Below are positions 1 through 11,956 of a stretch of 64,000 nucleotides of DNA, piece after piece. The stretch lies in assembly GCA_032718475.1 (NCBI GenBank), contig JAUCBJ010007119.1, positions 1 through 64,000 of the forward strand. The letters run 5' to 3'. The stretch comes from Nemertoderma westbladi (Eukaryota; Animalia; Xenacoelomorpha). The stretch's first letter is position 1, and every line of letters begins with the position of its first letter. The position numbers and the translations under genes were made by a program. Under the pieces are notes generated by a model, which made no database searches, was not told the DNA's origin, and saw nothing but the letters and a program-made list of their open reading frames with translations.

Positions 1-1760
1 ACTACTGCTACTATACCTATTCCCATGTCGCTGGCGTCTCCAAACACATGGAGTTGATAGGAATACGTAGGAAGAACATGGCCAAAATATGCACGGGAAA
101 TTATAAAGTTCTCGATGGCAGGTAGAGAATCTTCCCATTTCATCCATTTCTTTAACAATTCTCCCTTAAGCGGATCGTCCCATGAGTGGTTTTCAAGCCA
201 CATTTGTTGTACTAAACTCCGAGCAATCAATATAACTGGGCTAATAAATCCCAATGGGTCGAAATAAGTGCTCAGGATACTTAAACAAATCCGTTTGGTC
301 CGAACTGGATTATCTCGCTGTTTTAACTGAAAAAACAGGATGTCTCTTTCAGTGTCCCACTTCAAGCCAAGCGTCTTGGTTTCAGGAAGATCGTCCTTTA
401 TTAAGTCTAGGTCTTTCGCTCCTCGGTCTTCTACCGGTATCACTTCCAGAAACTCACGGGAGTTGCTGGTGAATTTCGTCAGTCGAAATCCACCTCTTTT
501 CAAACACTCTACCGTTCCTTTCGCGACATCTATGGCTTCTTCTACTGATGGAAGGGACCTTAAATTGTCGTCCATGTATATATTCCGTTTGATGTTGTCT
601 ATCACCTCTTTTGAGAAGGAGTCTCGGTTGTCATTCGCAGTGGTTCGCACCACGGAGCAGGCGTTGGAAGGGCTTGATATGATTCCAAAAGCCTGTATGG
701 TCATCCAGTACTCTACCGGTTTCTGATTGAGGTCTCCTTCAGGCCACCACAGAAATCTCAGGCTGTCTCTATCTCTATCCAGCGCCTTGACTTGTAAGAA
801 CATTCCTTCTATATCAGAGGCGAATGCGATGGAATATTGTCTTAATCTCAAAAGTATTCCCAACAAAGATTGGAGTAAGTTGGGTCCGGGTAACAACTCG
901 GAATTGAGGGATTGGCCCATATATAGAGCAGAGCCATCGAATACGACTCGTACTTCATGGGGTTTACCGGGTTTGGGAACGTAATGATGTGTTAAGTAAT
1001 ACGTTCTCTCAGTCACTGGTGTTCCTTCCGGTACTCGCTCCGCGTATCCCTTTGTTATAAATTTCTTCAGCTGAGTTTGGTACATTTCTTTAGCTGAAGT
1101 ATTAGCCGTAAGGCGTCGATGCAATTGAGCGATTCTTTTCTCTGCCAAGGGTCTGTTATTTATAAATCTAGGTTCTCGTTTTCGAAATGGTAGGCCGATT
1201 TCATATCTACCTTGGTCCTTTAAAAAACGTGTAGTTGTTTCCTGGATTTGCTTGGCTCTTTCTTCTTCTATCGATAGGGCCTTATCGTATGAATTGGGCT
1301 CTACCAGTTCTTGAGTAAAGAATTGTACGGCTAGTTCGTCCCGAGTTCTAGCGTTGCGTTCTAGCGTTTAGTTCGTCATTGTAAGCGATGGGTTCCGATG
1401 GGCGAATCAGTTGACATAGGTTCACCTGATTTTTCCAAGTTTGGTTTTCTGTAAGTAGGTCGATGGTGTTCTCTTCATCGAAGAGTTGGTAGATGTCGTC
1501 ATTATCTGAGGAGTATGGTGTTCCCTCAGTTAGTTCGTCCACCTCACTGCTCTCCACTTCTCCATTGTTTACTTGGTATATTTGTTCTTGTGGCATTCTC
1601 TCTTCGAGAGTTCTGCGGGAAGGGCCAGTAAAGTACCAACCTACTCTAGTTCTTACCGCATAGGTTTGCAGTGGCTGCGGTTGAGCAGGCCGTTTCTCCA
1701 ATGTCTCGAGCGCCTCATGCGCGTTTTGGCCGATGAGTATTTGCACTCCAGGATAATCTG
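1..1760 (-). pseudogene. A1 pol segment: end of protease region, reverse transcriptase, start of RNase H
   Basis: Closely matches A2 33805-35570. Minus-strand translation gives RVVFDGSA, LLPGPNLLQSLLGILLRLR, IYMDD, FGDAS. A small duplication near 1348-1370 introduces a stop. Confidence 0.9.
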
Positions 1761-2186
1761 TGTCATAGAAGTAGCGTAAGTAAGCCCAAGTTATTGCCGC
1801 TCTCCATGAATTGAAAGTGAATTGAAAGATGACTTTAATTGATTATATTAACTTAAGAATAATCTACTGTACTAAACATGTAAATAAGCCCCTACTGTAT
1901 GTACAGTGACAGAGCTTGGAAGATAGTGAGTGCATTCTGCCAAACCTGGCAAAGCCTTTTTATCTGTAGTATTCACATAGGCATCAACATGACCTTAATT
2001 AATTGTTAATTAACGGTCTGATATTGAATGTTGTGGTGTACAGAATGTGGAGTTGTCACTATACAAACAGTATTACATAAGGGTGACGACACATTGTGCA
2101 CGGTTAACAATTTAAATGATATTAAATTAATTACAACACCCGTCCACCGCAATATTGTATGACGTCACATATTGGTTGTCATGACA
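1761..2186 (-). repeat. 3' LTR of family B (426 bp)
   Basis: Termini TGTCAT...ATGACA. On the minus strand it is preceded by a polypurine tract (AAGGGGGAC, 2187-2195). Confidence 0.85.
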
Positions 2187-2565
2187 GTCCCCCTTGAAAG
2201 ATAATGTTTTGCATTATTTTCAATGACAACTTTTACATAACACCGTCTAATTATGAATACAATACCAACTACTGTATTTATGCTTTAAATTCAAAAATAA
2301 TTGAGGTATTTATTGCACACAGTAGGTCAAATTGATATTAACCTAATAGGGTTAAGGGTAAGATAAATACGTATATATATAAGATAAAGACATATAGATA
2401 TAAACATTCGAAAAAGGAATATATAAATAATTATACATGCTAACAATCAAAAAAGGAAACAATCAATGAGACACTTTTATAATTGTACTGTTACTGTTCT
2501 GGGATTAAGTTTGACTTGTTCTATGTGATTGGAGAATATGATAATAGTTCCATTTAATTATCAGT

Positions 2566-5061
2566 CTAGTTGTTTTCTGCATCATCTAATATTTCTAAAG
2601 GGTAAAGTTGACCAATGGAGCGAATTAAATTCTTTGCTTCCCGATTCCGAGGGGCAATCGTGATTCTAGCGGAACGGATTCGGCCGTCTTTGGAAACAAT
2701 CAAGTCTGTTATACGGCAAAGTTTCCATAGACATCGCGGAAGTGATTCATTGTGTAATAAACAGACGTCGCCAACTTTGGGAGATAGGGCAGTGTGAGGG
2801 GGTAGATTGTTTGCGATATGGAAACTTCTTAATTCTCGAAGATAATCTGTACGCCAGGCCTTCCAGAAAGCATTCCGTGCTTTCTCTAAGTAACCATGTC
2901 TATCTAATATGTTCGATCTTTTGATCTTTGAATTTGGATTTGGTAAAGTTCCCTTTACGCTTGTATCAGGCAAAGCACAAAGTCGTTTGCCAACAAGGAA
3001 ATAACTTGGCGAAAGTGGACGAATATCATCGTCAAGTTTAGAATACACGTACGTGATTGGTCGGCTATTAATAGCCGCTTCTACGCTTAAAATAACACTA
3101 TGGAGTTCATCAGCCGTCAGAACAGCCCTTCCTATGACTTTATAAACGGCTGTTTTTACTGTGCCTACGAGGCGTTCAATGAAACCAAAAGCTGATGGGT
3201 TGCGTGCAACATTGTATTCCCATTGAATATTGAGATCACCAAAAAGTCTAACTACCTCGGGATCTTGTAGAAATGCGCGATAGACTCTAAGTTCTTTAGC
3301 AGACTTTTTGAAATTAGTTGCGTTATCACTGTAAATGAGGGATGGGATACCTCTTCTGGCTATAAACCGTCTGAAACAATTCATAAACGAAATGGCTGTT
3401 AGTGAACCAACTAACTCTAGATGAATTGCTCGAGTAGCTGCACAGGTGAAGAGTGAGAGCCACATTTTTCCTGTTGTTTGGTCAGCATCATGTGGTTTTG
3501 AAATCACTTTTAAAGGACCTGCGAAATCCACGCCAATTGCTTCAAAAGGACTTGACGATTGAGTAGTTCTTGGATGTGGCAATGGACTTACTTCTGGTTT
3601 CGTAAAGGGCTTTCCTTGGATGCGTTTACATTGAAAACAAGAAGAAATCATTTGTTTGACAACCCGCCGCCCACTTGGGATCCAATAGCGTTCTCGAACA
3701 TCCACAAGTGTATCTCTGACTCTGGCATGCAAAACACGCTCGTGCGAATTAAGAATGACTAGACGAGTGTAGTGCGAGTCTGGTGGTAGCAATATAGGGT
3801 TTTGCGTGTGTAAGGGAATTAATTCATTTGCAACACGGCCTTGGCACACAAGCAGGCCATTATTGTTAATCTTCAGATTGAGCTGTTTCACAATATTTGG
3901 GCAAGAGGTTGACCTTTTATGCAAATATTCGAAAGCACAAGGGTAGGCGGACATCTGGGCTTTATATAATATGAGTACTTCTGCTTGTTGTAATTCGAGT
4001 GCTGTAATATAAGGAAGTAATAACAGCTGCTTGTCACACCCTTTCTGGGTAAAAGTTCTTATTTTTAAATTATTACTGAATCTAAGAATCCAGGCCATGA
4101 TACGTAGAAGGGACTGTTTGCTGCTAAATTTCTCAACATTTATTACATTAAACTCTTCCTTGTTTGACACTGTGACAGCTAATGCAGCAATTGGGGTTGA
4201 CTTAAATTCTTTTAAACAGTCACGTGACACACGTGATTCCCGTATCACAGGTGATGTGGGCCATTTGGACTCCTCATCCAACAGGAAGGGTGGTCCTTGA
4301 AACCAATGTTTGCTTCTAACTAAATTAACTGCAGACATGCCACGCGTTGGTAAATCTGCTGGGTTTAAAACTCCTGGGCAGTGACGCCAAATTGAATCTG
4401 TGGCCTTTGTTAATTCTAAAATTACTTTCAACCTGTTATGAACAAATTGACCGTATCTGCTTGGATCAGGTGATTTAACCCAATAAAGGACATCAATTGC
4501 ATCTGTCCAACAATAGCTACGTGATATTTTGAGCGCAATATTTGCTGCCACGTTTCTTAGTAAACGGACCCCTATAAATGCACCTAGAAGTTCTTTGCGG
4601 GGAGTAGAGCAACCATCTTTTGGTGCTTGTTTAGACTTGCTTGTTATTAAGTGACAGGTAATTGTGGAATCTTCATAGGTTATTCTAATGTAAATAGCTG
4701 CAGCGTACAAATGTAAACTTGCATCTGCAAACATATGCAATTCATACTGTGTTGGTTCCTGTGGGCCTATAATGCAACGTGGGACAGTGACATTATTCAA
4801 TACTAGTAAATCAGAGACCCATTTTTGCCATTGTGATGTCACTTTGTCAGAAAGTGGTGAGTCCCAATTTAAAGACTTTGCTTGGGTAATTTCTCTGAAT
4901 GCTATTTTTAATGGTGCCAACCACGGCGACAATAATCCGAGAGGATCATAGATTCGAGCTATGAGTTTCAGCAGAGACTTGCGGGTAGGTTTTAGTGTTG
5001 CAATACTCTCGTGAATATGATCCAGATTGTAACCTAAGCAATCCGTGGATGTATTCCAAAT
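2566..5061 (-). CDS. pol: Family B Pol C-terminal part: RT end, Pao-type RNase H, HHCC zinc finger, DDE integrase, C-terminal DUF5641-like domain
   Basis: Stop-free frame extends beyond the ORF-track start (IWNTSTD...RIYDPLG). Motifs LHMFADAS, ELLGA, WTDA, NPADLPTRG, H..H..CFQC, GVDFAGP, YSDNATNF, FIERLV. Confidence 0.9.
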   Translation of the reverse strand: MWNTSTDCLGYNLDHIHESIATLKPTRKSLLKLIARIYDPLGLLSPWLAPLKIAFREITQAKSLNWDSPLSDKVTSQWQKWVSDLLVLNNVTVPRCIIGPQEPTQYELHMFADASLHLYAAAIYIRITYEDSTITCHLITSKSKQAPKDGCSTPRKELLGAFIGVRLLRNVAANIALKISRSYCWTDAIDVLYWVKSPDPSRYGQFVHNRLKVILELTKATDSIWRHCPGVLNPADLPTRGMSAVNLVRSKHWFQGPPFLLDEESKWPTSPVIRESRVSRDCLKEFKSTPIAALAVTVSNKEEFNVINVEKFSSKQSLLRIMAWILRFSNNLKIRTFTQKGCDKQLLLLPYITALELQQAEVLILYKAQMSAYPCAFEYLHKRSTSCPNIVKQLNLKINNNGLLVCQGRVANELIPLHTQNPILLPPDSHYTRLVILNSHERVLHARVRDTLVDVRERYWIPSGRRVVKQMISSCFQCKRIQGKPFTKPEVSPLPHPRTTQSSSPFEAIGVDFAGPLKVISKPHDADQTTGKMWLSLFTCAATRAIHLELVGSLTAISFMNCFRRFIARRGIPSLIYSDNATNFKKSAKELRVYRAFLQDPEVVRLFGDLNIQWEYNVARNPSAFGFIERLVGTVKTAVYKVIGRAVLTADELHSVILSVEAAINSRPITYVYSKLDDDIRPLSPSYFLVGKRLCALPDTSVKGTLPNPNSKIKRSNILDRHGYLEKARNAFWKAWRTDYLRELRSFHIANNLPPHTALSPKVGDVCLLHNESLPRCLWKLCRITDLIVSKDGRIRSARITIAPRNREAKNLIRSIGQLYPLEILDDAENN

Positions 5062-5091
5062 TTGGAATCGAGGATCAATTCAACAAAATCT

Positions 5092-8000
5092 GGAATCGAG
5101 GTATCTTAAGATGTTGGATGCTTTCATCCTCGTCCCAATTATAAAGGTCTGCTTGAGTAGTAGCGAAGTTCTTTATAGCCACCATTTTTACCGACCTTAT
5201 ACCTTGTGCTCCTAACTTATCCTGGGGAGTGGACAACACACCTACATAGTAATCTGCCGTTAGGGTAGATTTCCAAACCTGCATAATTCCTGACATATTC
5301 AATTTAGTCCGGAATTTGGGTTGTCCAGCAAAGATATCTTCGGCTAGTTCTTGATCGATGAATGTTCCTGTGCTGCCGGAGTCAAGGAGGGCGTTCACTA
5401 TGTAACTGTTGTTAGGACCGTGAACTCTTACCTGCACTACAGGAAATTCTCTGATTCCTACATTGGAAGTTGGAGCTTTCCAAGATGGTTGTCTGTCAAA
5501 GGTAGTTGGGGGGAACTCATTTTCGGTGTCCTTTTCATAAGTAAGTGCTCGATACACCGCGGTATTGATTAGGTAACAGGATTCGTTGGCGTCGGAGAAT
5601 TCGTCAGTATAGAATCCTTCCATCTCAGACTCCTGATCAGTGTCATTTACATCACTGAATTGGACATGTAGTTCGGGCTCACTTACCTGACTCTGTTTGT
5701 CTCGTTCGAACTCACTGTGTAACAAGATGTGATGTTTCGCGCCACACTTTGCACACTTTATGTCGGAGTAACAGGTTCGCCGTTGGTGTCCTGGTCTGAG
5801 GCAATTATAGCATAACCGCTTATCCCACACGACTGCACGTCTGTCTACAAGGGATTTCTTTAGAAATTCAGCACACGCACTCAAACGGTGGGTCCCGTCG
5901 CACAGCGCACAGTTAGGTTTTATGTTACTCACTTTACCGTGGGTAACTTGATGCACTCTCGTTCTTTCTTCGGGTTTTCTTCGGTGCATTCTGTTAGGAG
6001 ACTGAGGAGGGGTCTTGGCAACCTGTTCTCTCCTATCGTTGTTTCGAGCCTTGTATTTACTTACGTCTTTTGAGGTTTTGTCAATATAGTAAGATCGATC
6101 AGTGTCTTTCCCGCTGTCCTCTTCTTGAGAAGCTTGGCTTTCGCCGTCGTCAGTGTAACACACCGGTGTTACTCTTCTCCTAGAAGCGGGTTTCTCACCT
6201 TATTTTCCGATGTTTTCTCTCTGGACTGCTTGATGAGTTGTAGTTTTACCTCACCATCTAAGAAGGACATGAGATCAGCCATGGTAGGGCTTCGTCGTTG
6301 TTGTTCATTCATGTACAACACTTTCTTGTCCCAGCGCGTACATACTCCACCCTTTGGTAAAGTAGAGACTACGGCTCCAATAACCATGGAACTCTGATAT
6401 TCATGAGACTTACCTAACCAGTCCAATTGTCTACAGATCTCCTGAATCTCATCGGAAAACTCTATAATCCCGCTACTAAGGAAGTTTCGGGGGGCTACTA
6501 ATTTTGCATACAAATACTTAGCTATGTTATCCTTGTTACCATACCTGATGTTTAATGTATCCCAAACTTGTCTTAATCCTTCTGGATGTCCAATAAACTT
6601 TAACGCCATTAACTTGGGAGGTCCTTCCAAGCACTTGATGAGGAACCTAAGTTTCTCTCCGTTAGATAGCACAGAGTTCTGTATGCTGTCTTTGTAATAT
6701 TCGTTGAAAGGTAACCATTTCATCTCATCTCCATTGAATTTGACGATCTCTCCCACTTTGACCGCTTGGCGGGCTTCTGTTCTAGCCATCTGACGCGTAA
6801 AGCTTTCTTGGGCCATCGTGTTATTTAATATCGAATTATCGGTATATAAATTTCTCGGATCATTATCAGGTCTATAGGGAATATCATTATCAACAGTTCT
6901 ATAATCACCCTTAATAGGGTTTGCTATAGGAGTTTCTACTTCACTAGCAGTATAGATGCGTGTAGGCTCCACACCTTGCGCATGTAATACTTCAGACCTA
7001 ACAGGTTGACACAATTTTACAGGGGGTATTGGTATACCATTTTGTATGTTGACTAATTTGTCGCGTTCTAGCACGATACTTTGCTGCACTTCTTGCAATT
7101 CTGCCCTACCTTCCCTTACGGTTCCCTTAAGTTGGTGGACAGTCTCCTGCATCTGTCCGAGCAGGAGATTCATCCCCCGCCGTCCCTCCTCTACCCACTC
7201 GACCGCCGAAGCGGGAGTCGCCAACATTGTAGCGGGCTGACGCGGAACGACAGGAGACAAATCTTTGATTTCTCTCTCAGCTTCCAGGACAGGGATATTC
7301 TCATGGACTGTTCTACCGGGCACAGGCAGTGTAGTACTGTGTAAAGGGAATTTAGAGTTAAGCTCTGGAAGTACAGGGGTCTCTAACACAGGAGTGACTT
7401 TGGGAACGACAGGCCTAATTATTTCAGGCTCATCAACTATAGTAGGGAGTTTTTTGACCTTAATAATTTGGTCTGTAGGTTCTATACTACTTAAGTCTGT
7501 GCTAGCTAGTTGTCTTCTAACAGCTGGGGGCAAATCAGGCAATTTGTGACGGTAAGATGTTTTTCTACGCCTGCTTAGACGAGATCTATTTCCTCCACCT
7601 TTAGGATCGGTGGTTTCGCTTTCCTCCGATGATGTATATCCCTGGCGTTTGGGAGTAGATCTTCTCATCATCTGCATGTGACTAGCAGTTAACTGTTTAT
7701 TTATGTTGTCTTGCGTCTCTTGCAGATTTTCCAACTCTAGTTGGGTAGTCTCCTCAGACGCTCTCAGTTCTGCTTTTGCCACCGCTGCCTTTCTTTCTGC
7801 TTCTGCTGCTGCCGCTGCCTTCGCTGCTTCTGCTTCTGGCGCTGCCTTTGCTGCTTCTGCTTCTGCCGCTGCCGCTACCTTTGCTGCTTCTGCTTCTGCC
7901 GCTGCCGCTACCTTTGCTGCTTCTGCTTCTGCCGCTGCCTTTGCTGCTTCTGCTTCTGCCGCCGTTACTGCTGCTGCTTTTCGGTCCTCTATCTGTTTTT

Positions 8001-9148
8001 TCTTTACTTGTTCTTCTTGGACTCTAGTGAGGCGGAGTTTTTCATCAAATTCAGCTTGGTTTGCAGCTAACATTTCCGCATCGATTGCGTCCAACACAAG
8101 CTTTGTTCCTTCACTATTAGGGGAAAGTCCAGACAGCCGTCTCCTCAACTCTTCATCACCCAAGAAGCGTTGATAGTCTGACAGATAGATGTCTATGGCG
8201 TCTCTCGAGGGCGGCTTCTCTGCTGGTGTTTCTTCGCTTTCCATTTGAGAAAGGGTGGCATCGGTTGGTTCTTCATAGGTTGGTCTCTCAGCCAGCTGGG
8301 ATTTCCACTGGGCCGTTTCTTGCACTTTGAGACCTACCCGCTGGAACCAAGTCTTGACAGCAACCTGCAGCGACGTGTCCTGTCTTCTTTTGGAAGTTTC
8401 CTCAAAGGCTGATAGGATTAGTCTAATACGTAGGGTTTTTTCACGTACTTGATAAAGCAGCTCTTCCTGCTCTTGAGGTCCTTGGGGTTGTCGAAACAAT
8501 TGTTCTTCCAATCGCTCTAAGGAGCCGAAGAATCCCTGCACATATCCTGCTGCCGACCTCTTCCAAACAGCTGGATCCATCGTATCTTTAGTCACTCCCA
8601 TCCTGTGTATATCTTCCCAAGTAGCTTCAGACAAATCTAACGGGAGTCCGGGTCCGGGAAAGTTCCATTGTGACTCGACAATAGACACCAATTCTTCTCT
8701 GGCGTATCCCGCATAATCATCTTGGGTCGCTCTCTTACTTCTCGCCCAATCGGCTTGATGTTCCTCCACCGCAATCAATATAGTAGTTAGTACTGCGGCA
8801 GGAAGGGTGAGAAGGGGATCCGAGTAGGCTGTAGCCGCCATCGGCAATCCGCGTTCGGGGGTCAGCTCTACAGTATCCGAACTACTGGAGCTATCCGATC
8901 GCTGGGAACAAGTTTCTTGACTAGGATGTTGCTGCTGTTGGACAGCTGCTTCCTGGTTCCGTTTGACCTGGGCCCGAGTGCCGATGATGGACCTACGGTG
9001 TTGGATTAGCTTAGGGTCTGATACTACTACGGGAGGGATGACCTTTCTTTCAGTAGGAGGTGAGCTGAACTCCTTTCTTAATCGCTCCACACTCCTATCT
9101 GTGTCACAGATGGTTGTATCGATTAGACTGTCTGACAGGTTTTGCTGG
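5092..9148 (-). pseudogene. gag: A1 gag and aspartic protease (frameshift near 6165-6200; start codon displaced to 11971 by an insertion)
   Basis: ORFs 6169-9090 and 5075-6163. BEL gag motif KFNGDEMKWLPF, triple Cys/His knuckle (CALCDGTH..C, CYNCLRPGH..C, CAKCGAKHH..H), protease ALLDSGS. Confidence 0.9.
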
Positions 9149-11956
9149 ACGGTCAGGGCCCTAAACCGATTAGGTTCTCTGTTCGCAGAACACCGAACAC
9201 TATTCCGGCCACGGAACTAGTCCAGCAGAATGCCTTTATAGAATCCTGGGATTTGTGGGACGAGAGGATCTCAGCAACTAAGCGAAAACGAACAATAGGA
9301 TGTTCCTAGACCCCCCCCCCCCCCAAAATTTATCTAGAAGACTTTTTCCCATATATATTACGTTTCAAAAGTCTACGGTTCTCCAGCTAGGGCCAATTTG
9401 AGTCAAAAAGTCAGCCTCCCTAGCAACCTCGTTGCTATGCGTACAAGTCCAGAACCGCTAATGCTACGGACTTGGGACCGGCGCCAAACTGTAGGCAGCA
9501 TATGAGTTTACATTGAGGGAGTCTTTTGTGGAGGTGCCCAATCATGATCTTGACCATGATCAGCAAAGATCAGTTTTGATCAGGGATCGGACACTCAAGG
9601 CTTGCTCCAATCGAAAAACTTAACATTACAAAAAGATTCAGCGACCCCACATTAGTCATGATTCCCGTTAAAAGATTTAAAAAAAAGTGAATTCTTCCCG
9701 GTCAAAACGCAAGATCATGATCGCGCAAAGATCGGACTTCGTAAAATTGTAACTAAGCATTTTGGATATAAACAATTACTGTAGGAAACGTTCAGAACAC
9801 CGCCCTGAGTCGATTAAAAAAAAAATTGGCTCGATCGGACAACCGGTTCTCGAGATCTGATACCTGATCATTAAAGATCATATTTTTCGGTTTTTTCCAA
9901 TTTTCTCGAAAACTTTGTTTGAGACCCCCGATTTTTTTTTTACGAATCGACCTCTATGGTGAAGGGGCAACTTTTGAGCATTTCGAAATTTTCAAAAAGC
10001 GATTTGATCAGGCCGCGATCAGAAAAGATCGTGTTTTTGGTTTTATTTCGAAGACCAAGTCCTGGGAGTTCACCGTATGGAAAAACTTAACATCACAAAA
10101 AGATTCCTCACCCTCGAATTATGGGGGGTAGCCAAAATTTGGGCATAAAAAAGTTCAAGTCTTGTGGGTCAAAACTCAAGATCATGATCGCGAAAAGATC
10201 AGTATATTTAAAATCGAATCTAATCATTTTTCTAATAAACATTCATTGTAAGAAATGTTCAATGGTCTATTCTGAGTTGATTAAAAAAAAAATTGGCTCG
10301 ATCGGTCAACCGGTTCTCGAGATCAGCTTCCAGATCATAAAAGATCGTGTTTTTTGGTTTTTCCCGATTTTCTCGAAAACTTTGTTTGAGACCCCCGATT
10401 TTTTTTTTACTAATCGACTTCTATTAAGAAGTGGCAACGTTTGGGCATTTCGAAATTTTCAAAAAGCGATTTGATCAGGCCATGATCAGGAAAGATCATG
10501 TTTTCGGTTTTATTTCGAAGACCAAGTCCTGTGAGTTCACCGTATGAAAAAACTTAACATTACAAAAAGATTCCTCACCCTCGAATTAGGGGGGGTAGCC
10601 AAAATTTGACCATAAAAAAGTTCAATTCTAGGGGGTCAAAAGATCATGATCGCGAAATGATCACTTTTTTCGAAATTACTTCTGAGCATTTTGGGGCAAA
10701 ACTTTCAAATTAAAAAACATTCACTGGAGTGTTCTAAGTAGATTAAAACAAATTTCGACTCAATAGGCCTACCGGTACCGGAGATATGGTCGTCCAAAGT
10801 CTGCTTCCGGTAATTCGAAAATATTTCGAAAACCCTTGATCGAATTTTTTCCTTGAAAATATGTGAATGTACAGTTAGCGGACCCGCATCTAACGATATA
10901 TCACAATCCATATTTCGGATGACAGGTACCGGTGAAATCAGACTTTACCGAAAAAAATTTAAATTTTAGGTACTCATGTCTGACAATCTCGAAAACTATA
11001 ACAGGTATGGAAATACTTTCACTGCAAGAAATGTTCGCCTATCCAATGCGCTTCTAACTCTGTGCTCGGATTTTGCATAGTGTCAAAACCTACAACTTAA
11101 CCCCCCCAGCGGAGGGAACGGAGTGACCGGAGCGCCAGTACTATCTTTCATTATTATATAGTAATAAGGGTGGAGGGTGGGGTAGGTGGTGAATACTATT
11201 TATAGGGTGGAGGGAGGGTCTAGTATATTACTTTAGGATATTTGATTTCTTTGCAATATAGTTTAGCTGCCTCAGTCTTATTTATAATATGTTATACATT
11301 ATACCAAATTATATCAAGTTTTAACATACTACATTGTCTACCTGTGGGAGAAATATACAATGTAGGGCTCATAATATATTTATAAGTAGATTAAGTATAT
11401 TTACATTGTATAACAGAGTTAATTGATACTATTACGGTATTATACTAAAGACGCCGCTTCGATATATCTGATCAAATGGCAATTTCTGGTAAATTATTTA
11501 TTTCACTATCTTGGGTATATCATTCAATTTCTAAAACTATAATAATAAACATTTACTTCAGTTCTTGTTTACTCACATGGATATATTGATATAAAATACA
11601 TCAGTATAATATCTTATGGGGCCAAACGCAGATTAATCAGAATAATATGTTTAATTATTATTACAATTGGCACATTGAAGTAAGTAGTACATGAGTTTGA
11701 TAAAATAATAATGAATCCGTATCTTATTCTACTTTGTCTATATGATTATGTTATATAATAATGTTACTTTATCACTTTGGTTTAAACCGATCTCATTTAC
11801 TATTACTTACTACTTATACTACTACTACTACTGCTACTATTACTACAACTACTACTGACTACTACAGAGTTATATATTATAAGAGGATGGGGTTCGTGAT
11901 TATTAGTTATTATACAAGTGCCCCTCGGCTATAGAGAGTCCACCCTCGGTTGCTTA
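9149..11956 (-). mobile_element. Unclassified insertion Y (composite, contains a Helitron-like repeat) within the first codons of A1 gag
   Basis: Removing it plus one CTGG (9145-9148 / 11957-11960) restores MSDTQQNLSD, matching A2 MSDTKQNLSD. Confidence 0.75.
9351..11140 (+). mobile_element. Non-autonomous Helitron/DINE-like element with ~2.5 internal tandem copies of a ~466-bp unit
   Basis: GAAAAACTTAACAT(T/C)ACAAAAAGATTC recurs at ~9614, 10080 and 10547. GC-rich 3' end ...GGAGCGCCAGT. Boundaries and class are approximate. Confidence 0.5.

Larger units (their letters stand above)
1761..5061 (-). mobile_element. BEL/Pao family B, 5'-truncated copy nested in A1 pol
   Basis: A1 homology stops at 1760 and resumes at ~5092. 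The insert holds a 3' LTR, a polypurine tract and an RNase H-integrase ORF that does not match family A at the DNA level. Confidence 0.9.

Noticed and set aside
7703-8173. Plus-strand Ala-, Cys- or Leu/Pro-rich ORFs (and similar ones opposite other gag/pol segments)
   Set aside because: Antisense shadows of the minus-strand coding sequence.
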